This document shows positions 25,144-36,800 of a stretch of 64,000 nucleotides of DNA, piece after piece (the stretch's first letter is position 1; every line of letters starts with the position of its first letter). Origin of the DNA: an uncultured Phycisphaerales bacterium. GTDB lineage: Bacteria > Planctomycetota > Phycisphaerae > Tepidisphaerales > Tepidisphaeraceae. A model generated the notes under the pieces. It was not told the origin of the DNA. It saw nothing but the letters and a program-made list of their open reading frames with translations, and searched no databases. The position numbers and the translations under genes were made by a program. Where the stretch lies: contig CAWJPJ010000006.1 of assembly GCA_963844715.1 (NCBI GenBank), positions 352,001 through 416,000 on the forward strand, read 5' to 3'.

Positions 25144-25299
25144 GGGTGCCTCCGGGGTCGTGCTGATCGGGATGTTCTTGTTGCGGCTCACGTTTTGTGC
25201 GCCTGAAATTCGAAGGCGAATGCAATGGGGGAGGGTGGGGACCAACCATATACGGTCCGGTGCAGCAAGCTACACGGGCTTCGCGGGGAAATGCAACTG

Positions 25300-26257
25300 T
25301 TAGGATTGCGGGGCGGGGGGACTGGGCGCGGAGGGGATGGGGCATGGGTCGGGGTTTTTCTTGGGGCGGAAATCATTGGAGCCTCGCGGGACTTTTAATA
25401 GTTCGATATCAATCTCGCTGTTGATCTCGCCGCCGATTAGTAGAACCAACGCTATCACATAGAAGAACAGGAGCAGGATGGCTGCGCCGCCTACGGTGCC
25501 GTAGGTCTGGTCGTAGCGGGCATATTTGTCGACGTAGACTCTAAAGAGGACGTCGAGAATGATCCAGACCAGGACGCTGAAGAGGGCGCCGGGGGTGATG
25601 ATTTTCATGGGGTGGCGGATGGCGGGGCCGAAATGGTAGATCATGGCGACGATGCCGATCATGAGGAAGACGGCGACGGCATATCTGAAAATATCGAAGG
25701 CCCACAAGACCGGAGTGGTGACGAAATTCCAGCGGATCAGGAGATGCTGGACGCCGCTGCTCACGGGAAGAAGGAGGAACACGAGGATAACCAGGACGGT
25801 CGCGAATAAAGTGAGCAGCATGGCCAGAGGGCGCTGTTTGTAAAACGGGCGGAATTGTTTCAGGTCGTAGCATTGGTCCAGGGCGGACATGGTCATGGAC
25901 ATGCCGCCGCTGGCAACCCAAAGACAAAGGATGAGACTGATTCCAAGCCAGCCGCGGTGCCGCTCCTGAAGGATGTTGGCGACGTTGTCGTTGATGGTCG
26001 GGGCGGCTTTGCCGAGAGTGTCGGAGATGAAATGGGTGACGGTTTGTTGGCGCCGAGTCGCGGGCATGTTTGGGGAGATACGGGACGAGGCTGAGGAGAA
26101 GAATCAGGAAAGGAAAGATCGCAAAGAGCCATGAATAGGCCAGGGCGCAGGCCCAGACGAGGACATTGTCTTCATTCATCTGCTGGAAGACGCGCTTGAT
26201 GAACGTCCAGACGCCGATGGAGCGCAGGACGGGGCCGACGTCTTTCAGGGATGCCAT
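25300..26257 (-). CDS. YihY/virulence factor BrkB family membrane protein (frameshifted)
   Basis: ALAYSWLFAIFPFL, YDQTYGTVGG..ILLLFFY, LIGGEIN. Confidence 0.85.
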
Positions 26258-26907
26258 ATGGGGAGATTGTTGGAAATCGAAGTACTAAAAGCAACCGTTG
26301 AAAAGTGCGGACAGAGTTATGAGCTATTGCGCGCGGTCCGAGGAGGGAAGGCACGATCATCGGCACCTCGCGTTTGAAAGTCGTGTATTCTTCGCCGAAT
26401 TCGGTGGTGAGGAGTTCCTCTTCCCAACGGACTTTGAGGAAGCAAGAGGCGATGAACATGGCGAGGCCCAGAAGTGCGTCGCCGGTTTCGGCGGCGATGG
26501 CGCCGCCGAGGGCGCCGGCGATGAGGCCGGTGTAGATCGGGTGGCGAACCAGGCGGTATGGGCCGGTGCGGATGAGTTTGTGGCCGACTTTGAGGGTGAT
26601 TTTGCCGCTCCAGTATTTGCCGAGATGGGCGCGGGCCCAGATGGAAAAGAGGAGCCCCCCCGCCGTCAGGAGATCGCCTAGCCAGCGGACGACGGGCAAG
26701 CGGAAAAGTTTTCCGTAAAAGATGGGATGGTCGCCGCCATGGAGGATGAGGAATACGCCAATGTACATGAGCATGCCGTGGACGAAACTTCGTTCACGGG
26801 TTTCGACATGCTTAGATCGATGGGCGAGATTGCGCGGCGGCAACCCAGATGGCGAGCCAGGCGAGCCACATCCATCCGTTGAGTTGAAGGGGTGATGGCC
26901 AGTTCAA
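26172..26907 (-). CDS. Isoprenylcysteine carboxylmethyltransferase family protein (frameshifted; true end probably near 26320)
   Basis: LGKYWS, HKLIRTGPYRLVRHPIYTG, EEELL..FGEEY..F. Confidence 0.78.
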
Positions 26908-27648
26908 ATTCTGAAATTCCCGCTCCCCAGAAAATGGTTTGCCAGAGAGGCGATGCCGTTCATGAGATGGACGCCATCATCGGCGTTAAACGATGAGTGG
27001 AAGGAACTGCCGAGAGGTGCGGCGCCGGGTGCATCGAAATCGACGAGCCCCGAGGTGCGGCGGGCTTCTCTGAGATCTTGCATTTCCACTTCGCGAGCGT
27101 GCTCGAGGCCGCCGGAGGAAATGAACTGGATGATCTGCTGAATTTCATCGCGATCGAGCCATACGCCGTGGGGCTGGCAGACGTTGATGACGATGCCGGA
27201 GTGCTCGGCGTAGTTCATGCGGTTCATGATGTTGGCGCACTGGGGACATTTGAGATATCTGACCGTTGGGTTGAATTCAACGGGGGCGGGAAGTTTCAAA
27301 CCCGTGGCGGTCTCGCGGGCCTGGGCATCGGAGCAAATGTGCTCGAAAGTTGGAGACGTCGATCCAGAGGCCGCCACACTGCGTGCATTCCTCAAGGGGC
27401 GTTTTCGCGATGTGAATGGCATGGAGATTGATGGTGCAGCGCGGGCATTTGCGCGAAGTTTCAGCGCCTTCCTGGATGTCCTCTGCACAGGCGCCGCAAT
27501 GGGGGCAGAATTTTGTCCCGGCGAACATCATCCCCATGCACTTTGGGCAGGCCACGGTCTGCAAGAAGGCATGGCAATACTGGCACTGGGTCGCATTGGA
27601 ATCGACCGCCGCGCCGCAGGATGGACAGTTGAGCGTCCCAGCCTCCAT
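26904..27648 (-). CDS. Multi zinc-ribbon (zf-TFIIB-like) protein (frameshifted)
   Basis: Repeated CxxC pairs; ECTQCGGLWID, CQPHGVWLDRDEI. Confidence 0.75.
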
Positions 27649-27757
27649 CAGGAGAAGATTATACACGAAAACCGGCGGCGGAATTCCATTTGGTCAAATG
27701 TAAACGATCGGTAAGCATTCCCGCCAACCGCGCACCCCAATTAAGGGGCAGTGATCC

Positions 27758-29170
27758 TTGCGCGGCCACTACCGACACACCAAAATTATTGCAACGATAG
27801 GCCCGGCGACGGAGAGCCCGGAAACACTCTCGAAACTCATTCTTTCCGGGGTGGACGTTATTCGCCTGAACATGGCACACGGAACTGGGGATTGGGTTCG
27901 CGATCTCGTCAAGCGCATTCGGGAGGTTTCAAAGGAAGTCCAGCGGCATGTGGCGGTGATGATGGACGTGAAGGGTCCGGAAATTCGGACGGCGGCGATT
28001 CCGGAGCCGATTGATTTGAGGATTGGGGAGCTATTTGAGTTTCACACGTCAGCGGCAAGCGAGGGGATTCGGAGCGTGGGGGTGAATTATCCGGGGCTGC
28101 CTAACGATGTGCGTGTGGGGGCGACGGTGCTGGTGGATAGCGGGCTGATTCGGATGGAAATTCTGGAAAAAGATGAGACGCATGTGAAGTGCCGGGTGCT
28201 GACGCCGGGGAAATTGGGGTCGCGGCGGCACATCAATCTGCCGGGAGTGGAGGTGAATCTGCCGGCACTGACGGAGAAGGATCAGAAAGATATCCGGGTT
28301 GGCGTCGAGGCGGGGATGGATTTCGTGGCGATGAGCTTTGTGCGGCGGGCGGATGATGTGAAGGCGCTCCAGAAACTGCTGGAGAGTTTGGGGTCGAAGG
28401 CTCGGATCATCGCCAAGATCGAGGATCAGTGCGGGCTGCGGAATCTGGAAGAGATCGTGAAGGTTTCGGACGCGGTGATGGTGGCGCGCGGGGACTTGGG
28501 GATTGAGATCGACTATCACACTTTGCCGATCGTCCAGACGCGGATTGTGGACCTTTGTTTGACGGAGGGGAAGCCGGTCATTATCGCGACGCATTTGCTG
28601 GAGTCGATGATCAGCGCGCCGATGCCGACGCGGGCGGAGATTTCGGACGTTTGCAACGCGGCGCGGGAGCGGGCGGACGCGGTGATGCTTTCGGGGGAGA
28701 CGACGACGGGGGCGTATCCGCTGGAATGCGTGGAGGTGATGAAGAATATCGTGACGACGGTGGAGCCGACGGAGAAGCGGAAGATCAATGAGTTGATCAA
28801 GCTAACGGACGCGAAATCGTTCATGCTTCGATCGGCCGCGCGACTGGCGCAGGAAATCGGGCACTCGGGGATTGTCGTTTTCACGCGCAGCGGGTCGCTG
28901 GCGTATACGCTGGCGGCGCTGCGGACGGTGGGTGTGCCGATTTATGCTTTTACGGATAATGAGGCGCTGTTTCGGCAGTTGCTTTTGCCGTGGGGCGTGG
29001 AGCCGTTTTTGATGCCGTTCAGCGAGGACCCGGAGGAAACGATTTTGAACGCGCTGGCGTATCTGAAGCGGCGTGAATGGTGCGACCCGGGGACGTGGCT
29101 GGTGGTGATCACGAACGTATTGGCGCACGCCAAGACGATCGACGCGATTCAGCTTCGGCAAGTGGAGTAG
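27758..29170 (+). CDS. pyk: Pyruvate kinase
   Basis: TKIIATIGPA, DVKGPEIRT, IIAKIE, MVARGDLG, PTRAE, DAVMLSGET. Confidence 0.96.
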   Translation: MRGHYRHTKIIATIGPATESPETLSKLILSGVDVIRLNMAHGTGDWVRDLVKRIREVSKEVQRHVAVMMDVKGPEIRTAAIPEPIDLRIGELFEFHTSAASEGIRSVGVNYPGLPNDVRVGATVLVDSGLIRMEILEKDETHVKCRVLTPGKLGSRRHINLPGVEVNLPALTEKDQKDIRVGVEAGMDFVAMSFVRRADDVKALQKLLESLGSKARIIAKIEDQCGLRNLEEIVKVSDAVMVARGDLGIEIDYHTLPIVQTRIVDLCLTEGKPVIIATHLLESMISAPMPTRAEISDVCNAARERADAVMLSGETTTGAYPLECVEVMKNIVTTVEPTEKRKINELIKLTDAKSFMLRSAARLAQEIGHSGIVVFTRSGSLAYTLAALRTVGVPIYAFTDNEALFRQLLLPWGVEPFLMPFSEDPEETILNALAYLKRREWCDPGTWLVVITNVLAHAKTIDAIQLRQVE

Positions 29171-29217
29171 GGCCAAGCGGTTTACGGGCGGCGAGAAGAG
29201 TGTTATATCGGCGAGGT

Positions 29218-30000
29218 ATGTTCGAGGAACCGGGCGAAGAAAAGCACGAGCCGTCGATGAGTCCCATCGATCGGGCGCGGAAGAAGTCGGATGAGTTCCG
29301 CATGCATGCGGAGTTGGCGGCGGTGTTTGAGGAGATTCGCAAAACGGGGGCCGAGCTTCGGGCGAATCTGAGCGCGGATTTGGCGCGGGAGATTCAGCGC
29401 ACGATGGGGAAATTGGAGAAGTCGAAATCGCCGCAACATCCGGTGCTGCCGGAGGGGTCGGGGGCGGATGCGGCTCACTTGCTGAATCTGTATCAAATCA
29501 AAGAACTATCCACCAACGATTACCATGTGCATCGGCGGCCGGGGGAAATGATGATTGTGCGGTGGTTGCAGGGAGACGAAGTCGAGGCTTTTTACGAGCG
29601 GCTCCAAGCTCATTTCGATGCGGCGCTCGAGGGGCACAAGGAGGATGAACGGCAAGCGCATGAATGGAAACAGTCGGCTGACGCCAAGGCGTATTCGGCG
29701 GCGTTGGAGAAACTGGATGTGAAGATGGCCGAGCGCGATCTGCGGAAGGAAATCCGGGAGCACAGGATTTATGTTTTGTCGACGCAGTCGGCGGATGAGA
29801 TGAATATCGCGTATTTGAGCGATTACATCATGAATATTTCGCCGGCGGAATTGGTTGGGGAGGCGTCGGCGCCGCCGCACGATCCGTCGGAAACGGATTT
29901 GGCCTGGTTTTTTAAACTGTTTTCGCTGCGGGGCATCCGTGAGGGGGTGGAACAGATGTGTTTCTTCGCGTTTTTGCAGAAGTCGGATGATTCGTTTTGA
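29218..30000 (+). CDS. Hypothetical protein
   Basis: Long ORF with protein-like composition; GAGG SD before ATG 29218. Confidence 0.6.
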   Translation: MFEEPGEEKHEPSMSPIDRARKKSDEFRMHAELAAVFEEIRKTGAELRANLSADLAREIQRTMGKLEKSKSPQHPVLPEGSGADAAHLLNLYQIKELSTNDYHVHRRPGEMMIVRWLQGDEVEAFYERLQAHFDAALEGHKEDERQAHEWKQSADAKAYSAALEKLDVKMAERDLRKEIREHRIYVLSTQSADEMNIAYLSDYIMNISPAELVGEASAPPHDPSETDLAWFFKLFSLRGIREGVEQMCFFAFLQKSDDSF

Positions 30001-30019
30001 AGCTGATCGAATGCTCTCT

Positions 30020-30397
30020 CTAAGGCGTAAATTGCATTTCCGCCGAGGCCTGGTCGCCGTTGCAGGTGACCACGACGGTTGCCGTTCCGGTTTTGGCGGC
30101 TTGGCCTACGGTCCAGGTCCAGGAGACTTTTCCGCCGGCGTCGGCGGCTTTGTCGCCCAGGCCTTTGGCGGTGCTGATTTTTCCCGAGGGGGTGACGCAG
30201 ATGATGGAGCATTCGGCGCCGGGGGCAACCTGAACGGTGACGGCGGCGTCGTGGCCGTGCGCGGCACCGACGACGGAGAGAAAGACGATCTTCGGGGGCT
30301 GGCCCTCGTCAGGAGCGGTCGTGGATGGACTGGTTTGGGAGATAGCCGCGCCAGCGATAGCCAAAATCCCCAGCAGGAATGCGGTGAACCTATGCAT
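30020..30397 (-). CDS. Small secreted hypothetical protein (Ig-like beta fold probable)
   Basis: Signal peptide; SAKGL..K.ADAGGKVSWTW.VG pattern; GAGGAAGG SD. Confidence 0.6.
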   Translation of the reverse strand: MHRFTAFLLGILAIAGAAISQTSPSTTAPDEGQPPKIVFLSVVGAAHGHDAAVTVQVAPGAECSIICVTPSGKISTAKGLGDKAADAGGKVSWTWTVGQAAKTGTATVVVTCNGDQASAEMQFTP

Positions 30398-30663
30398 GGG
30401 TCTAAATCCTTCCTCGGTTCATGCATTCTAACGTAATCCTCGGGGCGATAGAAAACGTTGCGGAAGTGGGTTTAGGGTGCTGCCGGTGTTCATTCCACTG
30501 GTGGGAATCGCCGGGATGATGGGCGCTGTTTACATCGTAGCGCCTTTCTAGGAAGCGTTCCTATTCTATGTCTACATCAGGCCTTCCAGCAATTCATCGG
30601 CGTTGCGCTAAAGTAATTCACATGGGGGATGACGATATGAAACTTTAATGTTGAGTAGTTTTC

Positions 30664-31947
30664 ATGAAAGCTATTTGGGGGATGGGACTTGGGAGCTTAC
30701 GGAGAGCGCGCTCAGTTTGCGGCCGATCCGCTGGTCTCGGCTGGAACGACGCCGGCCACGCTGGCGGCGGAGGTGCCCGTCAGCGGGCATTTTATGGCGA
30801 GGAACTGATCCGCTGGTTCGGTCCAGACGCCTCCGCGTGAAAGGCGATCTGGTTCTACGCGGCGCTGTGGGCAATCGGCGGCGTGAAGCCTGACGGATAT
30901 GGAGGGCGATCCAGCCCGTGCGGAGGCGTTATTTGGGGAGGCCGATGGATGGCTGCGCTGTGCGGAGGATGACTCATCGCATCGGAGGATCTGATGCTTG
31001 CGTGTCTCGAATCTTGCATTCAACCTGCGGAATTAACTGGCACGGCGGAGCTCCGGCGCGAGAACGGCGCCATCGACAGTCATGGGGAGTGCATAAACCG
31101 GTGGCAGGGGAGCCGCGTTTGGACCTTGTGAGCGGCTTCCGGAAAATCGATTTCATCTCTGGGCCGCGAACGATCGGCTCGTGGCGAAAATCTATAAGCC
31201 ATGCGAAGAAGAAATCGACGGGGCCCGGCTGGTCGATCATGCGCGTGCGAAATTTGTACGCGCGACGATGTTCGCTCCATCGATCCATCTGCGTTGGGAA
31301 TCGATTCCGTGCGGCGTTCATCACGGCAAGGCGTGCAGCGCGGCGATCATTATGCCGGCTTCCCTGGGCAAGCCGGTTGGATCGCGCGATCGTGCGCGCG
31401 GACGAAAGCGGGCTGTCGCGTTTGGTTGAGCTGCTTTTCCAAAGCCAGCGGCAGGCAGAGGGATCGCTGGTGCCCGCCTCGTCGACGATGGAGTTGTCGT
31501 TAAAGAGCGGCGACGCGCGGATTATGAAGCTGGTCGGCGCGGCTGGAAGCCGGTGGCCGGAGCCTTCTGGGGCTGTGGCAGGAGTTGCAAGCCTGGCGGG
31601 TGCCCCTGATGGACGAGATTCGTTTGCGCGATTGGGCCGGAACGTGCATGCAGACGCACGGGGACTTGGCGGCCGACAATATATATATCGAGGGCGAAGA
31701 GGTGCACCGACTGGATCCGTGCGCCACATATGCGGACCAATTTGAATTGGACAGGGCGGTCGATTGGGCGGATCTGGTGGTCACGCTGGGAAGCATTCAG
31801 GGCCAATACAAGCCCGGAGAGTTGATCGAGCGCGCCGCGGCGGAGGCAGGCACCTCGCGAGAGTTGATGGTGCACTACGTCGCCCGAACCGCGCTGATTC
31901 GGGTGACCATGCGGGCGTTGGGGCGAGAAATGGCCGGAATCATTTAG
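30664..31947 (+). CDS. Aminoglycoside-phosphotransferase-like kinase, heavily frameshifted (5' boundary uncertain)
   Basis: LVAKIY in ORF 31181-31429; HGDLAADNIYI...LD...D...DWADL in ORF 31585-31947. Confidence 0.45.
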
Positions 31948-32840
31948 AGCCTCTAACAAAAATGCACTTCCCCATGTTTATGGTTGATCGGACAATACGG
32001 CTTGGTCTTAGCCATGGAGGGCTTTATGACCAAGCCGTTGGTGACCGACGAGCTTTGGGAGTTGATCCGACCCCTGCTTCCCAAGCACCGCAGTGGTCCA
32101 GGAAAGCGCGGCCGGCCGCCGCTGGACGATCGCGCGGCGTTGTCGGGTATTCTGTTCGTGCTCAAAACCGGCATTCCGTGGGAATACCTTCCCCAGGAGA
32201 TGGGATGCGGCAGCGGCATGAGTTGCTGGCGTCGACTGCGCGATTGGAACCATCGTGGGGTTTGGACGAAGCTGCACGGACTATTGCTGAATCGATTGCG
32301 GCGGTCGAATGCCATCGACTGGTCGCGGGCCTTGGTGGATTCTGCTTCCGTGCGGGCCGTGCACGGGGGAAAAAAACGGGTCCGAGCCCGGTAGATCGCA
32401 GGAAAAACGGTTCCAAGCACCATGTATTGACCGATGGCAACGGCACGCCGATGGTTGCCCTCCTGACGGCGGCCAACCGCCACGACATCACGCAACTGCT
32501 GCCGCTGATCGATGCGATTCCAAAGGTCTCGGGCAAACCGGGCCGGCCGCGCTGGCGGTTCGAGGTGGTGCAGGGAGACCGGGCGTATCACTCCGAACCG
32601 CACCGAAAGGCGTTGCGTCAGCGTGGCAGCCGCCCGTTGCTGGCCCGACGCAACCGCCCGCACGGAAGTGGTCTTGGCAAAACCCGCTGGCCGGTGGAGC
32701 GTACGCTGAGTTGGTTGCATCAGAATCGCCGACTGCGAGTCCGTTACGAAAAACGGCCCGACATCCACGCCGCGTTCATGACCGTGGGTGAGGCAATGAT
32801 CTGTTGGAACAGGCTTCATTCGCATTTTTGTTAGAGGCTC
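31947..32840 (+). mobile_element. IS5-family insertion sequence (two-ORF, IS427/IS1031-like) with TTA target duplication
   Basis: Perfect 19-bp TIR gagcctctaacaaaaatgc / gcatttttgttagaggctc; TTA on both flanks. Confidence 0.92.
32026..32834 (+). CDS. IS5-family transposase (likely programmed frameshift at GGGGGAAAAAAA, ~32365-32376)
   Basis: TDELW..I.PLLP, TGIPWEYLP, VDSASV, GDRAY, RWPVERT, R.RYEK. Confidence 0.88.
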
Positions 32841-33030
32841 TTAAGTTCATTGGCGGGATCTAGAGATTTGCGAACTCGCATCGGCCGGGGTTGATCGGTC
32901 CATTGCGCAGGTAAACGCCAGGTAATCTTGCGCGCCGAATAGCGCAGCAAGAAACGGGCCATGGGGCGATTGGTTGTTTCCAATCGCCCCAGACCCAAAA
33001 TGTCACCCAAACTCTCCGCTCTGATCGAAT

Positions 33031-33744
33031 TTATGCCGTCTTACGACGCCGGGTCAGCAGACCCAGAGCGCCGATTCCGAGCACGGCCAAGGAAGTCGGT
33101 TCCGGAACCGGAGCCACGACAATCGAGAACGTTTCCGGATTAGCGATCGCGCCGGTATACGCCGGGGACGTGGAATTCGGGTCCAGGTCGTACAGGCTGT
33201 TGAACGTCGTGGTGAGATCCGCGCTCTTGGTGGCCGGATAGTTTTCAGCGCCCAGCACGAAGATATTGCTCACGTTCGTCGTGATCGTGATGCTGCCAAT
33301 CTGGATATCGCCGCTGGCGTTGGGAAGCGGCCCACTTGAGGCGGCTTCGCCCACGGCGTTGGCGATGCCCTGAAACGTCGAACTGTCCTTGCCCGACGGA
33401 TTGGCGAAACCGCCGCCGGCGGCGAAGTTATCGCCGTTGCTGGTGATACTTCCGGCACTGCCGGTGAGCGTTCCGGCGGCAGTGTTGCTCGTCTGGGTCA
33501 CGGAGAAGGCGGCCGTAAACATGCCGTCGTCCGACGTGATCAGCGAACTGCTGCCGTTGCTGAGCTGCTCATACAGATAAATGGGGATGGTGATCGGCAC
33601 CCCGGCCGTGGCGTTGTACGACGTGACGGCGGTACCGCCGGTATACGTCGTATATTTGTAGGTGATGGCCGCTTTAGCGCTTCCCGCGGCCGCCAAAGCC
33701 GCGGCCGCCGCTGCGGTCATCATTGCTGAACGTAACTTATGCAT
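33031..33744 (-). CDS. PEP-CTERM sorting domain protein
   Basis: Signal peptide; C-terminal VPEPTSLAVLGIGALGLLTRRRKTA. Confidence 0.88.
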   Translation of the reverse strand: MHKLRSAMMTAAAAAALAAAGSAKAAITYKYTTYTGGTAVTSYNATAGVPITIPIYLYEQLSNGSSSLITSDDGMFTAAFSVTQTSNTAAGTLTGSAGSITSNGDNFAAGGGFANPSGKDSSTFQGIANAVGEAASSGPLPNASGDIQIGSITITTNVSNIFVLGAENYPATKSADLTTTFNSLYDLDPNSTSPAYTGAIANPETFSIVVAPVPEPTSLAVLGIGALGLLTRRRKTA

Positions 33745-33809
33745 CTGACCTCCTAGGTCTTGGGTGAAAAGAGGCCTCGCCCCCAACCGGAGGCGAGGCC
33801 ATGAATCCT

Positions 33810-36800
33810 TTAGTAGACGTAACTGACGGCGTAATCCTTGTTGAAATCGCGCAGCGAGATGGCGTTGATTGTGCCAGTCCCGTTGTAGTCGAGGGCGGCG
33901 TTATAGTTCGAGTCGCCGACCGAGGACGCATAATCCCTGTCGAAGCTACGCAAATCGCTCGCGTTTACCGTGCCGCTGCCGCTCAGATCACCGAACAGCA
34001 CGTGGAAGTACTGCGAATTACCAGAATCGGTTTCGTTCGAAGCAAACGTCACGGGGGTGACATTTCCGTTATCGAACTCGGCTGTGCCGGTCGCGGTATC
34101 GGTGATGGACGGGCCGTTCAATACCAACTGGTAGATACCGTTGACGAAGAACCCGTTATCGTTGCCGCCAGTGCGGTCGAGGGTGCCGCCCGGAGTTACG
34201 GCCAGTGTCAGGGTCGTGCCACCATCGGTTAGGGACGCGGTCACGTCGCCAGTGACATTCACGGGCGCCGCGCCGGTATCGATCGAGCCATCGGCGTTGA
34301 GAACTTCCTGATAGAGCGTGAAGGAGTTGCTGCCGAGGGTCACCGGCGTGTTAAATGTGACGCTGATCGAACCGACAGTGGACCGCTGAGCGGTGCCGTC
34401 GCCGACCTGGGAGCTTACGACGACCGGTTCGACCCCGTCGGTCCCGTGGAAGACAATGTTGTCCAGACGCCAGTTGCCCTTGCTGCCGTTGTAAGCGACG
34501 ACGCTGAACGGATTGCCAAGGGTGTTCAGCTGGGCGTTAGCGTACTGATCTTCCTGGGTGACCGTATCGCTGCCGCCGGTATCGGTGATGGTCATGGCGG
34601 TTTGGATCGAGGTGCCAAGAGTTCCCTGGAACTGCACGACATAGGCGGGATTGTTGCCCGTTGTGGGGTCCGCCGAGTTATAGGTGACCGATACATTGCT
34701 CGCACCGACGTTGCTAAGCGCCGCCAGCGCGGCCTGGATGTTGTTGGCCATCGTCGTGTTGTTCGCACTGTAGAGGATCGTGCTGGTGGTATGCCCGTTG
34801 AACGTCAGCGTAAAATTATGGTTGTCATTCAGCGTGATGGCCTGCTGATTGGACAAGATCGTGTTGTAGGCGTTGACCAACCGAATCCCAAAGTTCGCAT
34901 CGTTGTTCGCGCGAGAGACGCCGGTGAGATCGAAGACAACGGGGACAACGCCACCGACGGCGCTGTCGCCGTAGAAGTCATCGTTACCTGGGGCAAAGAG
35001 GGAGAGCTCGCTGCCGAGGTTGATCCAAGTCGAGCCGTTGAGCGTGTACTGCTCCTGGGCATTCTGCTCGCCGGAGTGAGTGGAGAACCAGTCCAGCGTT
35101 ATATAAATGCTGCTGTATCCGGTGGTGGGAACCATGAACTGGCCGCCCTGGGTGTACTGGGCGACGAAGTTGCTCCAGCCGTTTGCGGGGGCCCCACCGG
35201 AAGTGGCGTTGATACCGGAACGGAGGCGCAAGTATTTTCGCTGAAGCTGGTGTCGACAACGTCGGGGCCGGAGGTGGCGACGTCGTCGGCATTGACGGCG
35301 CCGGGTGAACCGGTCCCGGTCGCGGGGTCGTTGGGGTTGTAAGCCAGGTTGAAGCCGATGGCGGTGGCGGTGCCGCCGACATCGAGGGAGCTGTCAACGC
35401 CGGCTGCGACAGGAGCGGGACTGTTGACATAGAGATCGGCCGAGGAACCGCTGGAGTTGACGTTCTGGTAAAGCTCGTTGAAGTCCCAATCGGTGAGGAT
35501 GCCGTCGGTGGGAAGAACCGTGAGAGTGACGGCATTGGTGTTGGTGACACCAGCGGAACTGGTGAACTGGGCTCGATACATATAGCCGTTCTGAGTCGTG
35601 TTATCCGCGGTAACGATGTTGAGGGTATCGGTGGCCGAACCGGCCACGGTCACATCGTCGTCGGCCAGATTGGTCCAGGTGCTGCCGCCGTTGGTGCTAA
35701 TCTGCCACTGAACGGTCGGCGTGGGAGTGCCGATGGCATAGGTCGTGAACATCGTACCTTCGCCCTGCTGAACCGATTCATTGGTCGGCTGAATGAGGAT
35801 ATACGGGGCGACGGGAGCTTCCACCGTGAGAGTTGCCCCAACGGTGTCGGTGCTGCCGGCCCCATTGGAGAAGACCGCGCGGTATTGCAAGCCGTTCTGG
35901 TCGAGATCCGTGTCGGTCGTGAAGGTGTAAGTGGAGGTGTATTGATTGCCTGCTTGGGCGGTGAAGGTGCCGCCAGTTGGCGTGACCGTGCCGCCCGAAA
36001 CCGCCGACCAGCTCGTGCCATTGCTGCTGACCTGCCATGCAACCGTGGGGAGGGTTTCGGAATAAGCGGTGGCCGTGAATGTGACGGGCTGGCCGGCGGC
36101 GATGGTTTGAGAAACGGGGGTGGTCTCGATGCCGGGGGTGCCGGTGAGGGTATCGCCGTTGAAGGAGATGTCGCCGAATTCCCAGTTTCCGCCGCCGTCA
36201 ACGAAGCCGGTGGCACCGAACTGCTGAACGGTGGTGCCGCTGATGATGGCTCCGGACTGGACCGGCGTGACGGTGATGGTGCCGGACCCTATGTGCGTGA
36301 TCAATCCGTCGAGGGTGCCTAGCAGGATGGGGCTTCCGGAGGTGAAGCCGGTGGTGGACGCCACATCGATAACCACGGACTGGTTGGCCGTGATGGAGTA
36401 TGGGGCCGTCGTGGTGGTGGTGATGGTATTGGGCGTGGCATTCTGCCAAGTGGCGACGCTGTCGCCGGACGAAGAGATCGTCATCTGGGGCTCGACGGTA
36501 TTTTTCAAGGCGCCCTGGAAGATGACGGAGTAGCCGTTGTAAGCCGTAATGGGGCCCGGCGGCGTGTAGGTGTTGGTCGCGATTGTGGAGGAGACCAGGA
36601 CGTTGCCGGCGCCAATGTTGGAAAGAGCGGACAGGGCGGTTTGGATATTCGCCGCCATGGTGGTGGCGTTGCCGCTATAGACGATGGTTCCGGTGGTGTG
36701 GCCATTGAAGGTGAGCGTGAAGTTGCTGGTATCCGGGTTATCCGTCGTGCCGCCGGAGGCGACATAACTGTCGAGATCGATGACCTGGATATCGCTGGCC

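Noticed and set aside
30918..31745. ORFs 30918-31745 (+) and 30974-31729 (-) as independent proteins
   Set aside because: The + ORF is a frame mosaic of the kinase-like gene and the - ORF is its antisense shadow.
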